Shown here in pieces: positions 13,444 through 26,815 of a DNA stretch of 64,000 nt. The DNA is from Phoronis australis (taxonomy: Eukaryota; Animalia; Phoronida): NCBI GenBank assembly GCA_002633005.1, contig NMRA01000592.1, forward strand, positions 10,855 to 74,854, in the 5' to 3' direction. Each line of letters starts with the position of its first letter. Position 1 is the first letter of the stretch. Below the pieces are notes generated by a model. That model was not told the origin of the DNA, did no database searches, and worked only from the letters and a program-made list of their open reading frames with translations. Position numbers and translations under genes: made by a program.

Positions 13444-13632
13444 CTGGAATAGAACATAATCAACGTGCAAATTTGTTAGTGAATGTTCTTACTTACAAAA
13501 TATACAGTATCTGCCCTGGTACAAACACATCTGATTGAGAGTTCATAAACATGGTTAGTTTGTACATTTCTGGTCTTGAATCCCAAACGTGTAGCCAAGG
13601 GCTTCAAGAACCAAATAATGTATACCACTTAC

Positions 13633-13694
13633 CTTTTGTTTGTAGAAACCACCTGCTTGTTCAGCTCACAAGAGGGTTCTTCCTTGACGACATG
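13633..13694 (-). CDS. NBN: Nibrin exon 11 (HVVKEEPSCELNKQVVSTNK)
   Basis: ttttgcag acceptor and gtaagt donor, phase 0/2. Confidence 0.72.
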
Positions 13695-14145
13695 CTGCAA
13701 AAATGGTGGCGCTTTTGATTGCTGTAAAATATGCCTATAATGTAGGGACCAGGTGTGTTTGTGTTTGTACATTTCCACCATCATACATCTCTGTCAAGTT
13801 TCACCAAGATCTGTCAATCGATTTTCTAGATATCACGAAACGATTACTCTCTGAATATCATTCAGAGATGCTTTTGGCAAGGAATCTCTTGTTTAAAGTC
13901 AAAATGACCCCAAAGGAGAGCTAGGGTAGACTAATGCACATGATAGTCATTTGGTGATGGTGCAGCCCCCTCATAAACTAATGACTAGTCATTATAACAA
14001 TTATGAACAGAAAATGAATATTTCATTATTAACTGATTATGGCCACCATGGTAGTTGAATCTACACAAACATTCAATTCGGTTGATGCTGGCACATCCCC
14101 AGTCTTAAACCTCTGAATCAAGTTTCATAAAGACCTGTCTGTCAG

Positions 14146-14780
14146 TTCTCTACATATCAACCAGTAATGCTTTTAACAAAGAAGATATTGTAAAAAACAA
14201 AAAAATGTCCACCAGAGTGCTGAGGTGTCAATCAAATCCATCCAATAATCAATTTGTGCCAGCACACTGCCATCATAGACCTCTGTGTTAAGTTTCATTT
14301 GATAGCAAACGGAAAATTAATGCTCTTCCAAAAATACTGAAAGGCACCATCTGCTGGCAACCTTCTCTATATATCAACCAGTAATGCTTTTAACAAAGAA
14401 GATATTGTAAAAAACAAAAAAATGTCCACCAGAGTGCTGAGGTGTCGATCAAATCCATCCAATAATCAATTTGTGCCAGCACACTGCCATCATAGACCTT
14501 TGTGTTAAGTTTCATTTGATAGCAAACGGAAAATTAATGCTCTTCCAAAAATACTGAAAGGCACCATCTGCTGGCAACCTTCTCTATATATCAACCAGTA
14601 ATGCTTTTAACAAAGAAGATATTGTAAAAAACAAAAAAATGTCCACCAGTGCTGAGGTGTCGATCAAATCCATCCAATAATCAATTTGTGCCAGCCCACT
14701 GCCATCATAGACCTTTGTGTTAAGTTTCATTTGATAGCAAACGGAAAATTAATGCTCTGAAAAGGCACCATCTGCTGGCA
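14146..14780. repeat. Tandem repeat, 217-bp unit, about 2.9 copies
   Basis: Unit starts at 14146, 14363 and 14580, near-identical. Confidence 0.95.
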
Positions 14781-14966
14781 CAGGGCTGATTGAAAAGTGG
14801 CTTCCACACCCTAAGTGATGTTGTGAAGTCCTACACTCTTGACTGTGCTGTATTTCATCATTGTCCAACCAGGAGTTTTTAAGATATCACCTGGTTACCC
14901 AGACAGGAAGACAACGATATGCCTTCACAAATTATACATAACATGTGAGAGTATAAAAATATGTAC

Positions 14967-15024
14967 CTTAGAGTTCCCTAAACCAGACATTGGCATACTT
15001 GAGGGTCCTTGTGACTTCGCAGAT
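14967..15024 (-). CDS. NBN: Nibrin exon 10 (SAKSQGPSSMPMSGLGNSK)
   Basis: gtgcag acceptor and gtacat donor; needed to bridge phase 2 to phase 0 between the flanking exons. Confidence 0.65.
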
Positions 15025-15565
15025 CTGCACATAGAATATTCAATATTTGGATTAAGAGAAATTAGTAAGAACGACAATGCAAAAATGTTTCTATGGTCGC
15101 AACTTGGTGCATTACAAAGGCCAAAGCAGGAGTACTCATTATTTGTGTAGTAATACAATAATTGAAGTTTTAATTCAGCTAAGATTTAACAGTCAGAGAA
15201 GTTCATTTTAAGATTTGTATGTTGGAGAGTTTTGCACTTGAAACTGCAAATGCCAATGCCAAAAACATGCAAGAGATTTTCGTACTGAAATGGCAAAATT
15301 GAAATGTGCCCAAACTTGTGATCACCTTGATGCCAACAGTTTTCAGTGAGCTGAGTTAGTAGCAGTTCAGGTCACGTGTTATTGATGAGCTTACTTGCAG
15401 AGTTGCAGTTTGGGTTTTTATAAAGCATGTTCAATGTATGACATTTATGATCACGTGCAATAATACGAGAATAAGATGACAATTTGCAAAATCACTTCAT
15501 ATTTTTAAAATCCTACTTAGGTATTTTGTCTTCAAAAATAGGGTTTCATACTGCACATTGACCAC

Positions 15566-15668
15566 CCTTCAGAATGAGACAGTGACCTTTAGAATGAGGC
15601 AGTGGTCTTCAGAATGAGGCAGCAGCCTTCAGAATGAGGCAGTGGTCTTCAGAATGAGGCAGTGACCA
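15566..15668. repeat. Minisatellite, 20-bp unit x5 (ttcagaatgaggcagtggtc)
   Basis: Read directly from the sequence. Confidence 0.9.
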
Positions 15669-16184
15669 CAAAGTCAACAGGAATTAAGGTAGCCCTTACA
15701 AAGATACAGCAGCACGCCGTACGGGCCGAGAGATGACGGCAATATGGAGCCACATAATATGGACATGTATATGTGGGCATAAAACATGACATGGCAATAT
15801 TAGTACCGTATTCACCGTAATAACTGCCCATGCCCCTATAAGCGCCCCCCACGCGTTTTCAGACTTTGCTAAAACAAGCGCCCAGTCCATGAACGTGTAC
15901 GTGTGAAAAATGCCTTACCTACAGTCCTAAAATTCTACAGTAACGTCTTCAATTTATCAATAATATCTGACAGTCCTGAAAAAAATCATTGTGCACAGAA
16001 TTTGTAGACCATGAGCCTCGCCGTTATGTCGGTATTTAGCCGTGACTATACACTTCAAACTTCTGCCATGCCTCAAAACGAACACAAAAGTTCTGCTGAT
16101 ACTGCGAGGACCAATGGTCTGGCCTTTCAGAACAGAAGTAAGTAAGGCGATTTTTTCTCAAATGAGACTATCTTATTTAGTCTC

Positions 16185-16550
16185 AAAGTGTGCGGAACAG
16201 TTCCGCACTTTTTTATATCCACTTAGGGTCATAAAAAGTGGTATGAAACAAAACTATACCTTACCCTAAACATGTTTACAATGTTACATTTTTATTTCCT
16301 CAATTAGCATTTTCTTAATTAGAAGTTCAATTTTTGCCATGCGGAATATTCCGCACTCAGTGCAGATTTGCGTAATATTCCACAAATCTGTGGAATATTC
16401 CGCAGATTTTGCGGAATATTACGCATTTGCAGAATACTGCGCAAGTTTTGTGGAATACTGTGACTTGCGAAATATCATGTATATTTTGTGGAATAATAAA
16501 ATAATAATTTATTTTTAAAAATCAATGTGACAATTCCAGAAGGTTCCACA
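16185..16550. mobile_element. MITE-like element with repeated palindromic units (tgcggaatattccgca)
   Basis: Several degenerate palindromes in series; right end resembles the 32415 MITE terminus; boundaries approximate. Confidence 0.5.
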
Positions 16551-16639
16551 AACAGAAAAGTTTAGCACAGGACTAAAATTTTTAATTTCCTCCCAGCCCA
16601 ATAAACCAACCTTTTCAACTACGGGCGATCAGTTTCACC

Positions 16640-16815
16640 AAACAATAATCGATTTAGCCATTCACATATTTCTGAAGGGACCATATGTGCAAAATTTCAT
16701 AAACACACATCAAAGAGTTAGACAGACAGACGGATGGACGGACAGATGAACAGACGGATGGATGGACAAGGATGACGGCATAATGCGCCCACATCTTTAT
16801 ATGTGGGAGCATAAA
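16640..16815 (-). mobile_element. DINE-1-like terminal fragment with (GACA/GACG)n and terminal hairpin
   Basis: atgcgcccacat-ctttat-atgtgggagcat hairpin next to the microsatellite. Confidence 0.7.
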
Positions 16816-16858
16816 AGCTTGCATATTATTTTATACAAAACAGCACGACACAACTTAC

Positions 16859-17012
16859 GAAGGTGGAGTAGAATCCTGGGTGAGATGTGACTGTGTGTCA
16901 CCTGCTAAAACAGTTCTGTTGTTGTTAGAATGTAGTTGTGTCTGACTGATTCCTGCTAACAGAGGCAGGGTCTGTGAGGATAAACTGCCACCAGACTGGT
17001 TGATGTTAACAC
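16859..17012 (-). CDS. NBN: Nibrin exon 9 (SQ/TQ-rich; GSLSSQTLP...)
   Basis: gttgtcag acceptor and gtaagt donor, phase 1/2; SQ/TQ motifs fall where the ATM-site region is expected. Confidence 0.8.
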
Positions 17013-17930
17013 CTGACAACAGACGGAGACACTGTGAGACATCTAACAGGAGTCAGACAATCAGTAGCACCACATGGTGTTGAAGGTAAATGCTATTGAA
17101 GGTTTGATAAAATTCTACCATTTTAGGATGCAACAATCATTTATCATAGAGTAACTAACTTGTTCCCATTTGCCTCATTTGTCCAAAATTGGTGATATTC
17201 AACCATAAGTGAGATTGAAAGTGCTATCAAGATACTTCACAGTTCCAAATCTGCTTCAGACTTGGGCTCCATTCTATAACGCAAGACACTTGCAGAAAAC
17301 TTGCAAAGAGAAAGCTTGGCTTATGGAAAAGAATTAGTCAGACAGGTGGCGCTGTTGGTTTACAGTTTGTTATAGAGCTTACTCACAAAATACATGATTT
17401 TGCTTTGCCTTGTGTGATTTCACAAGATTCACTGTAATGAAGACATCCTAAGCTTTCTGCTCTAGACAAGGGAGTTTATACTCAGCTCTACATATCTCAG
17501 TACTTTCTCAGGGCAGCTGTAGCTGGGTATGGCCAGGAAAAAATACAAGAATGTACCTGTAGGCAACCCTGGGCTGGTTTAATCTTAAAATGGACTAATG
17601 GCCAATGAGGAGGGTCTAGCTATAATAATTCAATCGTTGGGTTGTAAACATAGCTGAACCACATGTACAAATCTATACAAAACTATCACTTCAGAGTAAT
17701 CTTCCAAATGTTAAGTGTTTCAAGGTTCTGCCAAAAATCTCCATAATAGTCCGTTTAAGGAACATTGCAAGATTGAATGGAAGTGAATGAACACATAAAA
17801 ATGACTTAGTGTTCATTACAACCTCACATTTTAGCATTTTCCAAATTAAGTTAAAAGCTAACTTACTTCCACAGAGATCTCCATGGTGACTGATGAACAA
17901 GTTACAGACTGCCTAGCAGCTAGTACATAC

Positions 17931-18022
17931 CTGACTCAGTATCAGGGTTACAGTATTGTACAGTAGAACAGTAGAGTACAGCATAGCCAAGCTCACTTTC
18001 CTGGATAGCTCGTTTCTTATGC
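17931..18022 (-). CDS. NBN: Nibrin exon 8 (HKKRAIQESELGYAVLYCSTVQYCNPD), end of BRCT2
   Basis: Matches the R-I-E-E-G-AV-----YC-P motif; canonical splice sites. Confidence 0.95.
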
Positions 18023-18735
18023 CTGCAACAGTTATACACAAACATTACACCATATGGCATAGTGTCACATATTCATTTTCAATCATGATTTAATATCTGC
18101 AAGCATCAGGGCTTGGAATTGCCAATGTCAAAAAGAGGAAATTTTTGCAGGTGATGTATTGTTCCACAAATAAATAGGCTTGTGTGATATATTTTATGTT
18201 GTGAAATTTAACTGAAATAAACATTTTTGGATATATAAAGTCAAATAATGATAAAAGAGATGAAAACGGGGCAAACTGGATATCAAATAAGAGCACATTG
18301 AAACCAAAAAGAGGAAGTCCCCTTAAAAGAGGAAAATTCTAAGTCCTGAAGCACAGCATTACTTGGCTTAGCCATGTTGTGATGGCATAGGCAAAAGACA
18401 ATTCATTTTAATTTGCTACAATATACGACACAAATCAATATGGCGCATTAATTTTATGTCTGCATATCTAGAAATTGACACTAATCAAAATCTCAAATGA
18501 CACTAAATTGATACTATCACAACATAACAGTTGATGGATCTTGTTAACAAAATGTTTGACTAGTTTGAGAATTACTTGTTTGAGAATTATATCAATTGAT
18601 AAGGAATAGAACATTCTGCCAACCGCAAGCACAGGATTTGTATACGACAGATTGAATCTAAAGAAAAACTCAAAATATTACTTACAAGTTACTTGGTTTA
18701 AGTGAAGTAAGGGTAATATGAGTAGAAATGGTGCC

Positions 18736-19205
18736 ATTCAGGTCATGTGATGCCGTCACCTTACTAACATTCAGGCCATGTGATGCCGTCATCTTACAAA
18801 CATTCAGGCCATGTGATGCCGTCATCTTACTAACATTCAGGCCATGTGATGCCGTCATCTTACTAACATTCAGACCATGTGATGCTGTCATCTTACTAAC
18901 ATTCAGGTCATGTGACACCTTTATGATCACACAAACATTCAAGCTGGCATCACATGACACCCTTATCAGGGGCGGATCCAGGACTTTGAGTTAGGGGGGG
19001 CCTGGACAGAGTATTAGCCACGATTTTGCCCGTCAGACCTTCGCATCCCCGAACTGCCAAATGTAATCTGGGAGAATTTTAGGTGGGCCATGGTCCCCTT
19101 GGCTGCCCTCTAAATCCGCCAGTGCTTATCACACTAACATTCAGGTCATGTGACAAATTTATGATTGTATTAACATTCAGTTACTATCATGTGACACTTT
19201 TATTA
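18736..19205. repeat. 33-bp minisatellite (cattcaggccatgtgatgccgtcatcttactaa), interrupted by a MITE
   Basis: About 7 units before the insertion and 2 degenerate units after it. Confidence 0.9.
18967..19124. mobile_element. Non-autonomous DNA transposon with 5-bp TSD (CTTAT)
   Basis: caggggcggat...atccgccagtg termini; CTTAT on both sides; inverted homologue at about 36925-37033. Confidence 0.8.
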
Positions 19206-19465
19206 CACTAAAGCCACCATGCTGATCCAACAGGTTTTTGCTCTCAATCTATTCATATGTCAAAAAGCAGGACCCTTCTTCCCCAGCTCGCGTGTGATGA
19301 GTTAGGTCAGTCCAACATGCTATGTATAGTATATTACTTCCTACAACAACAAAAGGCAAAACAACAGTCAACATAGTACTACAGCTGCAGCAGGTGTCAC
19401 TTGCCTAACAGTCTTCACTCGAATACTTCAGTATACAACCTATACAACCACGAGAACTGACTCAC

Positions 19466-19662
19466 TTGCGCAGAACATCCATCACATGTCGAATCCATTC
19501 ACTTGCATTCTGTGAGGAGGCTAAGGTCGGGTCGTCAGGGTCCGTGTACATGACACAGGTGTTGGACTGAATGAGCACGTTGTCGTCATTATTGTCACTG
19601 CCCTCCTCCATCAACACAGGCACGCCACCTGCCAGCTCCGTCGCGAGGCTCAGTTTTTTGAA
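19466..19662 (-). CDS. NBN: Nibrin exon 7 (BRCT2; FKKLSLATELAGG...)
   Basis: Canonical splice sites, phase 0/2; KKL--A----GG motif. Confidence 0.93.
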
Positions 19663-20249
19663 CTGTATTGAAAGTAGAAAAGAATTGTATGGGATGGTGG
19701 AACGGCAAGCAAAACATACCACATATCAAATAATATTCACAAAGAGTTAAGGTATGACGGAGGGAGGGGGTGATGGAGGGAGCGAAAGATGGACGGAGGG
19801 ACAGAGGGAGGGACGTAGGGAGCAATTGAGCTAGGCAGAGGAGAGAGGATTACAATAAAGTGTTTAATAAATGTACTGTACAATCCAAATGAAATAAAAA
19901 ATAAAACATATCACACACAATGTTTACTGCCAGGACATTAATTCAAAAAATATATAGGACAGAAAAAGTAACAAAATTTACGCTTATTGGCAGAAAGTAA
20001 TATGTGTACAAAAAGTGACAGAAAATAGAATCAATGTCATTTGTAAGAATTACACAGAGCAGTTTAGTTTCAAATGATGCATTTTTCTGCATAGAGATCA
20101 ATGATGTATTTTTGACAGTTGAGATGTAAGTGGTATAGGAATGAGTAGATTTTAGAGAGAATGTTGCATGGTACGTAATGAGGAGAGGAATATGAGCTCG
20201 CAGACACTTGATATTACTTTGTGGAGTAGGAATGATGGAGTGGGTGTGA

Positions 20250-20372
20250 AGTCACTTATGGCCACACGTATTCAGACTGTTCTTGAGTGCAGTCACTTAT
20301 GGCCACACGTATTCAGACTGTTCTTGAGTGCTGTCACTTATGGGCACAGGTATTCAGACTGTTCTTGAGTGC
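20250..20372. repeat. 41-bp tandem repeat x3
   Basis: gtcacttatggccacacgtattcagactgttcttgagtgca units. Confidence 0.9.
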
Positions 20373-21233
20373 AGTTGTGTGATTAGCAGTGTTGGATAGT
20401 CAATGAAGTAATAAGTTACAAGTTCACTGTGCGATTTAAAAAGGATTTTAAGGAGATTCTTGCGATAAAAAAGGAGGTTGAACTCTGAACATAACGGTTC
20501 AGTGCGAGCATAAAATCAGGAATTAGATATTATAGTCTTCTACAATACTTCGAAGTAATAATTGAATATGAAGTCAAATGTAGCAGAATAAGTGCATAGC
20601 ATATTTTCTGTAGAAGTGACATTTCAAACACAACAGAGCTCACATTCTTCAACTACTTAGTTTGACACCTGATGTGTGTCTTCATTTCAAGACAAGGTAT
20701 TGTCTAGAACTAGTCCAAGGAAATGAAATGTTTCAGCGTATGATAATTTCTTGCTGTTTATGAAGACTAATTTGCGGAATATGCTGCGATAGCTTTTAGC
20801 GGATGTTTAACCCTAGTATAGCGTAGACGCCTGCGCACAAATTAGTCACTACAAAATAGTAACCACAAAAACAACAGTAACCAATTTACATACGACAAAA
20901 GTTTGTCCACAGAGAGGAAGATTGACCTCGTGGATTGCGCATTTCAAATAGGTATAACAATATTGCTGGATGCTGTCACACCATAATGAATTCCAAGAAA
21001 GAAAACATTGACCAATACCAAAATTCTTCATATGCTCAAAATTTCCTATAAACACCTTTATATGAGGATGTGGAGAAATAATTGCTAGTGAATAATAAAT
21101 TCAAAGCAGCCGACCAAGCATCAGCATACTTTAGGAAATACAACAAACTCTCACACCCCATACATTGGCATTCTTATATTGTTCGTTTTTTGACATCTTG
21201 CTTTTGGAAATGATATGTGTTTATAAAATTAAG

Positions 21234-21317
21234 CAATCCTGCAACAAGTTCAATCCTGCAACAAGTTCAATCCTGCAACAAGTTCAATCCTGCCACAAGT
21301 ACAATCCTGCTACAAGT
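21234..21317. repeat. 17-bp minisatellite x5 (caatcctgcaacaagtt)
   Basis: Read directly from the sequence. Confidence 0.9.
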
Positions 21318-21795
21318 GACCCAAGAAAGTGCAACATGGAGATTCCTTGATCAAAACAAATTGGCTAATAAAAATTTTTGAAAAGGATATTGAGGCAAAC
21401 ACAAAAAACTTAATCGCCAAAGTTCAACCTATCCAAAAATCGATGTCAGCCAGTCATAACGATTCTTCAAGTGGTTTGGCAGATAGAGAAGGGAAAGCAG
21501 TGGTCACATTGGAGGTTGATCAATCTGTCTGACAATTCACTCGTTGCCTTCCCATAGGAATGTCAGCAAAAGTTTACAAACATCCATTAAAGGGGTTTGG
21601 AGATTTTACTAGCTCATATTCTGACCTGTTGGGTAGAGCAAATCTCCTAACACTTGAATTTGATTGGCTTCGTAAACTTGTGCTCAAGGTCTTTAAAACG
21701 TTCATGTTCCACTCGACTTGACGTAGTACTTGAATGATTTTGCAGACAGAGATACAGATCATTGAGCTACAGGTGGCTAGTTTAACAATACAGAC

Positions 21796-21913
21796 CTGTT
21801 TAGGTGAGAGAAAAATTAATATTTTCCCCTGTAATAGCTTCGAGCGGTTGTCATTATCCTTGAAGGAGACTGTCTGGGGATCAAGCTGAGACTCAGAAAG
21901 AGGAGGAAGATAA
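21796..21913 (-). CDS. NBN: Nibrin exon 6 (YLPPLSESQLDPQTVSFKDNDNRSKLLQGKILIFLSPKQ)
   Basis: 118 nt; PPL-E and R--L--GK--IFL motifs. Confidence 0.95.
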
Positions 21914-22147
21914 CTGAAATAAAGAATAACATGACATTTCAGTTACAAGTGAAACATAGGAATATAGTAAAAAGACAACGACATCAGGTGGTTACAAACA
22001 TAAGACATTCTGTCGCTATACATCTGCCTATTTCACACAAGTCTCGCTGTTACACCAGAAATGGTCTTTGTGACACAAACTACAACTACACAACGGGATC
22101 ACCTTGCGAAAAGAAGTTTGTAAAGAAAAAATTACCTACTACATTTG

Positions 22148-22955
22148 AAACAAGAGCAACGCGGAGTGTTGATATGTGCCCACCGTGTGCACTGAATATG
22201 GCACAGAATCCAGATACAAGGGATGATTACTATTTTACACATTCTCACTAAATGGAACAATGATAGTAAACTTGTAATAGCCTCTAGTGAGTGTATGGCA
22301 AGTCAGGAACACTCTCCTCAATAGGAACACACTTGCCAAGCCCATAAAAAATTACAACTGGCACTGAGGGCACAGAGGTAGTTAGATACGCCCAAACATC
22401 ATCATATGTTGTCACATTCATAGAAATACACTTGCCAAATTTAAAAAATATCTAGCTGGGAGAAACAACTTCGGATGCATAAAAAAATGCTACTAGGGGA
22501 CACCACTGTAAGCAAACTGTTCAAAAATCCTCAACAACTCTCTTTCACTAGGAACACATTTGCCAATTTTCATAGCGATTTTTAGAGTGCTTTGGCCAAT
22601 ATTGAGAGATGGATGCCGAAAACAGACTAAAAAACGGCAATTAGGAGGCGTAAACTATGTCGAATCCCTCTGTAAACAAAAAGGTGTCCCTGCCTCATTA
22701 ATTAATTAGCAAATTTTATATAAATCCACCAAAGAACTCTAAAGATACAGAGGGAAACGGCAAACAAAATTGCCCCAAGGGGGCACAGTGGGAGTCGGAT
22801 TCATCCGAATGTCGTCGTCATCATCGGTTGTCACAAATACGCTCGCCAAATTTAACGATCCTGCAGAGAGTTTAGGAGATACAGCAACGGGCAAAGGCCG
22901 CATAGACAGAGACAACGGCATAGTGCCCACATATAAATATGTGGACACATAAAAA
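22148..22955 (-). mobile_element. DINE-1/Helentron-type element, family A, both ends present
   Basis: aaacaagagcaacgcggag end shared with 26816; gtgcccac subterminal repeat and terminal hairpin. Confidence 0.8.
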
Positions 22956-23079
22956 GACGCAATAAAACACTATACAATACAGACGTCAAGCAGCTGAAAA
23001 CAAATCCTTTCTCATTCTTTATACTGCAAGACACTGAGCCTAAGCTTATCTAGAAAACTTTTTCATCAAACAAACATAC

Positions 23080-23183
23080 TCTTCAGGATTGGGTTGTGTT
23101 GTTCTGGCTTCAATAGCAGCTTGTAGCTGGGTCAGGTACTCAGGGGTCACTATTGGCCGCTTCGTGATCAATGCACAGATCAC
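23080..23183 (-). CDS. NBN: Nibrin exon 5 (VICALITKRPIVTPEYL...)
   Basis: 104 nt; ICALI--RPIV-PEY motif of BRCT1. Confidence 0.96.
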
Positions 23184-23373
23184 CTGTAACACAGATACAG
23201 ACAGGGTATTGTTACGACTGCTGAACTGTCAAGTCAATCAGGACTCGACTGTACCATGTCAAGTTAGCTTATTTATGACATATCTATTGGAAAAAGTCAA
23301 ACAGCTTACTGCAAGATACAGACATTTCGTCTTTGAATAAATTTGGCTATGAATGACCTATACTCAAAACAGA

Positions 23374-23472
23374 GGAGGCAGTATGGCCTGGTTGATAAGT
23401 GTCCCCTTTCTTTACTCGAGGTCGTGGGTTCAAGTCCCACCAGGTCACATTACTAAACCCTTGAGCAAGGTT
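23374..23472 (+). mobile_element. tRNA-derived SINE head
   Basis: Pol III A box (tggcctggttg) and B box (ggttcaagtcc) followed by cccttgagcaagg; no cloverleaf. Confidence 0.6.
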
Positions 23473-24953
23473 TCTAGCTCCTCAGCTTGGTTTTAACCAT
23501 ATATTAATAAAACATAAAAAATAGTTCCAGGTGATCAGTGTAATGTGCCCACATGCGAGGCCTGCGCACGTCTGGTACAACGTGTATCAGACCGCCTGCA
23601 ATTGTTTTTTTTTTTCTGTTATACTAAAAACATTTTTGAAGAGCATATCAAGTATACTAAATCATTCATCAATAAATCTTTACCTCATCATAACAACCAT
23701 TTGTCACAGAGAGCCTAAACTGTGCCATGCCAATTCAGGTTACACACCTCTGGCTACTACTTCATGTTCTAACTTTTTGTATAAAGATAAGCCAGATGAA
23801 TACTTTTGCAAGCTTTTATTTACAACATATTTGAAAATTCGCCTGGCACCTGGAGATTCCCCCACTAAACTTCTCTACAAATACAGAAGTGTAGAATTTT
23901 CTTCTTGAGATACTGCACCACCAACATTTTTTCAGCAGAAATCTCAAATTGGCTGCTACGACCTTGAAAACAAGATCAAGGTCGTATTTGGAGATGTCCA
24001 ACCTACCATAAAACCTACATCTCTGTGCACAACATCAAACCAAATGTAAAGATTCCTTCTTGAGATATCAGGATGACAATTTCTAAGTAAAAACTTGATT
24101 TTCTTGATGTGATTTTCAAAACGAAGTCAATGTTGCCTAGTACAAGTGGTACCCCAAGAATACCCACCTACGTACACTATAATAGATAATACGAAAAACA
24201 TGTGAAGCTTCCTTCTTGAGATATCATCTACCAAACTGAACATGTAAATTTCTCAATGTGACCTTGAAAACTTGGACAACGTCGTCAAATTTGACTGGTA
24301 CCTGAAGATACCCAACTTACATCTCAGCATAAAAAATGAACAAAATAAGGCTTCCTTTTTGATATACTGCGCTAACATTACCCAAGTCAAACTCAGGATG
24401 ACTTTGAGAATGAGAAGCGCATTGTTTTGAATTAAAATATTGCTTGTTTGTGGAAAAACAGTTGATTTTTTTACTGCTCCACATTTGTAACACAGAACAA
24501 GACCGATGTCATTTTGCTGCCAGGTGAACTTAACAAGTGCAGTGTCGGTAGCTTTTACGTTTTCATCCCGGTTTCACACGATGTCGATAAATAAAATACA
24601 CCTACAAATCTAAAAAGACTTTTTTCTCTTATCATTACTAAAATGGGTTCAGTTGAAATTTGCCAAACCTTCGACAAGTGCATTTAATGCTGGAAGTGGG
24701 AAGTGCGACATATTCACTATTTCAAACAAATGGCTAAACACTTGGGACAACAGACAATCAAATTTGTACAAATGCTAGAACGTGAAGCAAAGCAACCAAA
24801 CAAAATAACAACAGTTTTAGGATTTCGTGGTATACTTTCAAGGACAACATGGCTATCATTAAGGAATCATTCCTGCAGAGCAAACTCCTTGAGATAAGGT
24901 CTTTAAATGCAGTATACTTAGCCTGCACAAGCAGCTATGGTTGTGACCTTCAC

Positions 24954-25113
24954 CTTAATAGTAACACTGAGTTGACTCATGACAAGTAATGTGCAGTCTT
25001 TCCTCCAGTCTGTAAGTACGTGTGCACCCAGTCTACAGCAAACTGACTTCACGGTCTTCTTCAGGGTGCCATCAAGACAGGAGGTGGTCAGAATCAGTGG
25101 CTGGTAATGCACC
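24954..25113 (-). CDS. NBN: Nibrin exon 4 (BRCT1; ...SCLD...W...CT.LVM...VTIK)
   Basis: 160 nt, canonical splice sites, conserved motifs. Confidence 0.96.
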
Positions 25114-26243
25114 CTGGGACAGTGAAAATTTAATTATTTTGCTCAAGGTCAGAGCTTGTCCCAATTCTAGAAACAGGCAATATTGACTGTCCCCAATTCA
25201 AGAATTACTGGAAAGGCAGCAAAATTATCCACTCTGTAGGTTGAAAACACACTGTCCGAAATTTGAGAAATACGGTGAACGCCAAATTTGCACTTGTCCC
25301 AAATTCCAGAGAATGTCTCAAAATGAACAATTTTTACTGTAATATGATATTATCCAACAATGTGCCACAAATTACAAAACAGCAAACAAAAGCTACACTC
25401 AATCGATAAGCTATTTCAAAGCTGCTATTGAGTTCTGGTGTCAAAAAGATCAATTTTCTTCATACGCACACTTGCTCTTCCACAGAGTGGCATCCCTATC
25501 CATTGTTATAATTGAAATTGGTCAAAATAAATCACCTGATGGCCACACTGCCTTGGTGAACAAAACTCACAATTAAGTCATTGAATTAGGTGTAACATGG
25601 TTTTCAAGAAGGAATGCCATTTATGGGAATCCTTGGACCACAACTTGACACCCCAATAACTTGTTTTTATGATTCTGTTACTAAAGGACAGTCAAATATT
25701 GTAAGACTGACTGAAGTGACAGTGGGCTAGCAGTGTATAAGGTGAGGCTTGCAAACCAGCAGTAAAGGAAAATTAGTTTTGGTAATTACTAGTATAAGAA
25801 CTGGCGAACAAAGTTCGGCAACCCAGGGTATTGGAATAAATTGTAACAGAAAATACAGGCACCATTTCTCTCCGGTGAACTAGAGCCCAGAATGTCCCGT
25901 CAATTCCAAGAATAGAAATCAGAGTACAATAAAATCTTGCCAATATCTGGCCAACATGGTTGCCAAAATTGCCTTCCTTTTCATTTTCAGGATCTTCTAT
26001 CATTGTTGCAAATCCCTACATCAGTGTCTCATGACAGCTAAGGTGTAACAAGACGAGACTGGTCTAAATCAAAGGTTGGTTTTGGGCAGTTCAGCACGAG
26101 TTTATTGCTCCATCGAAATTTTTGAAAAATTCAAAAGCTACACAGAAGACAACACAGTGTAAAAATAATTCAAAAGTTAGCAAAGGTGATCAGATAACTA
26201 GTAGCCAAATAGCAATTAGAGAGGAGGTTAACAATCCACCTAC

Positions 26244-26392
26244 TTGTAAACTGACTGCAGTGAACCAAACTTGATGACATCTCCATCTTTAAGTATATGT
26301 CCATGATCCTTTGATAACCTACTGTCATTGACGAAGGTGCCAAACTTAGACAGGTCCTTGATGGACAGTATTGCTGGCTTGTGAGGATGAGG
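26244..26392 (-). CDS. NBN: Nibrin exon 3 (FHA; KDLSKFGTFVN...LKDGDVIKFG)
   Basis: 149 nt; FHA S--GTFVN motif. Confidence 0.96.
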
Positions 26393-26815
26393 CTATCAAA
26401 GAGATGAATCTAAACTAAAGGCACCAAACACTTTGTTTCTGAACAGAGAATACAAGCATCTGTGAAGCTACCCAACACAAAACGGTTGTGTTTTTAATCA
26501 AGTTTGTGTCAACAAAGGGCTGCTACACAATCACAGAGTGTTTTCGAATGAGGTCGTCCACCATGTTGGAGGACAAACATTTCAGTATGGTTGTGGTATT
26601 ATGAAGCAAAGACACAGTTCTTAGCTGAATACTCTGCAGAGTTTACTCAGTGTAATGGTGAATTTTTGTGCAACAGTTGGCTGCTCGAGCAGGGAGGATA
26701 CAGTCGTTGTTGTTCTATCATTTTCCAAAACTTATTGACCATCAAGGGAAAAGACCAAAGAGTTGTCTTGAAACTTGGCAGTCGGACCAAAAGAGATAAT
26801 GCATCCAGACAACAA

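Noticed and set aside
15517-15550. Extra NBN micro-exon with plausible AG/GT ends
   Set aside because: It has an in-frame stop in the required phase, and its length would break the frame
18682-18994. Repetitive ORFs on both strands (11-aa repeats)
   Set aside because: They are translations of a 33-bp intronic minisatellite, with no splice or homology support
23374-23445. tRNA gene
   Set aside because: A and B boxes are present but there are no convincing acceptor or anticodon stems and a SINE-like body follows, so it is called a SINE head
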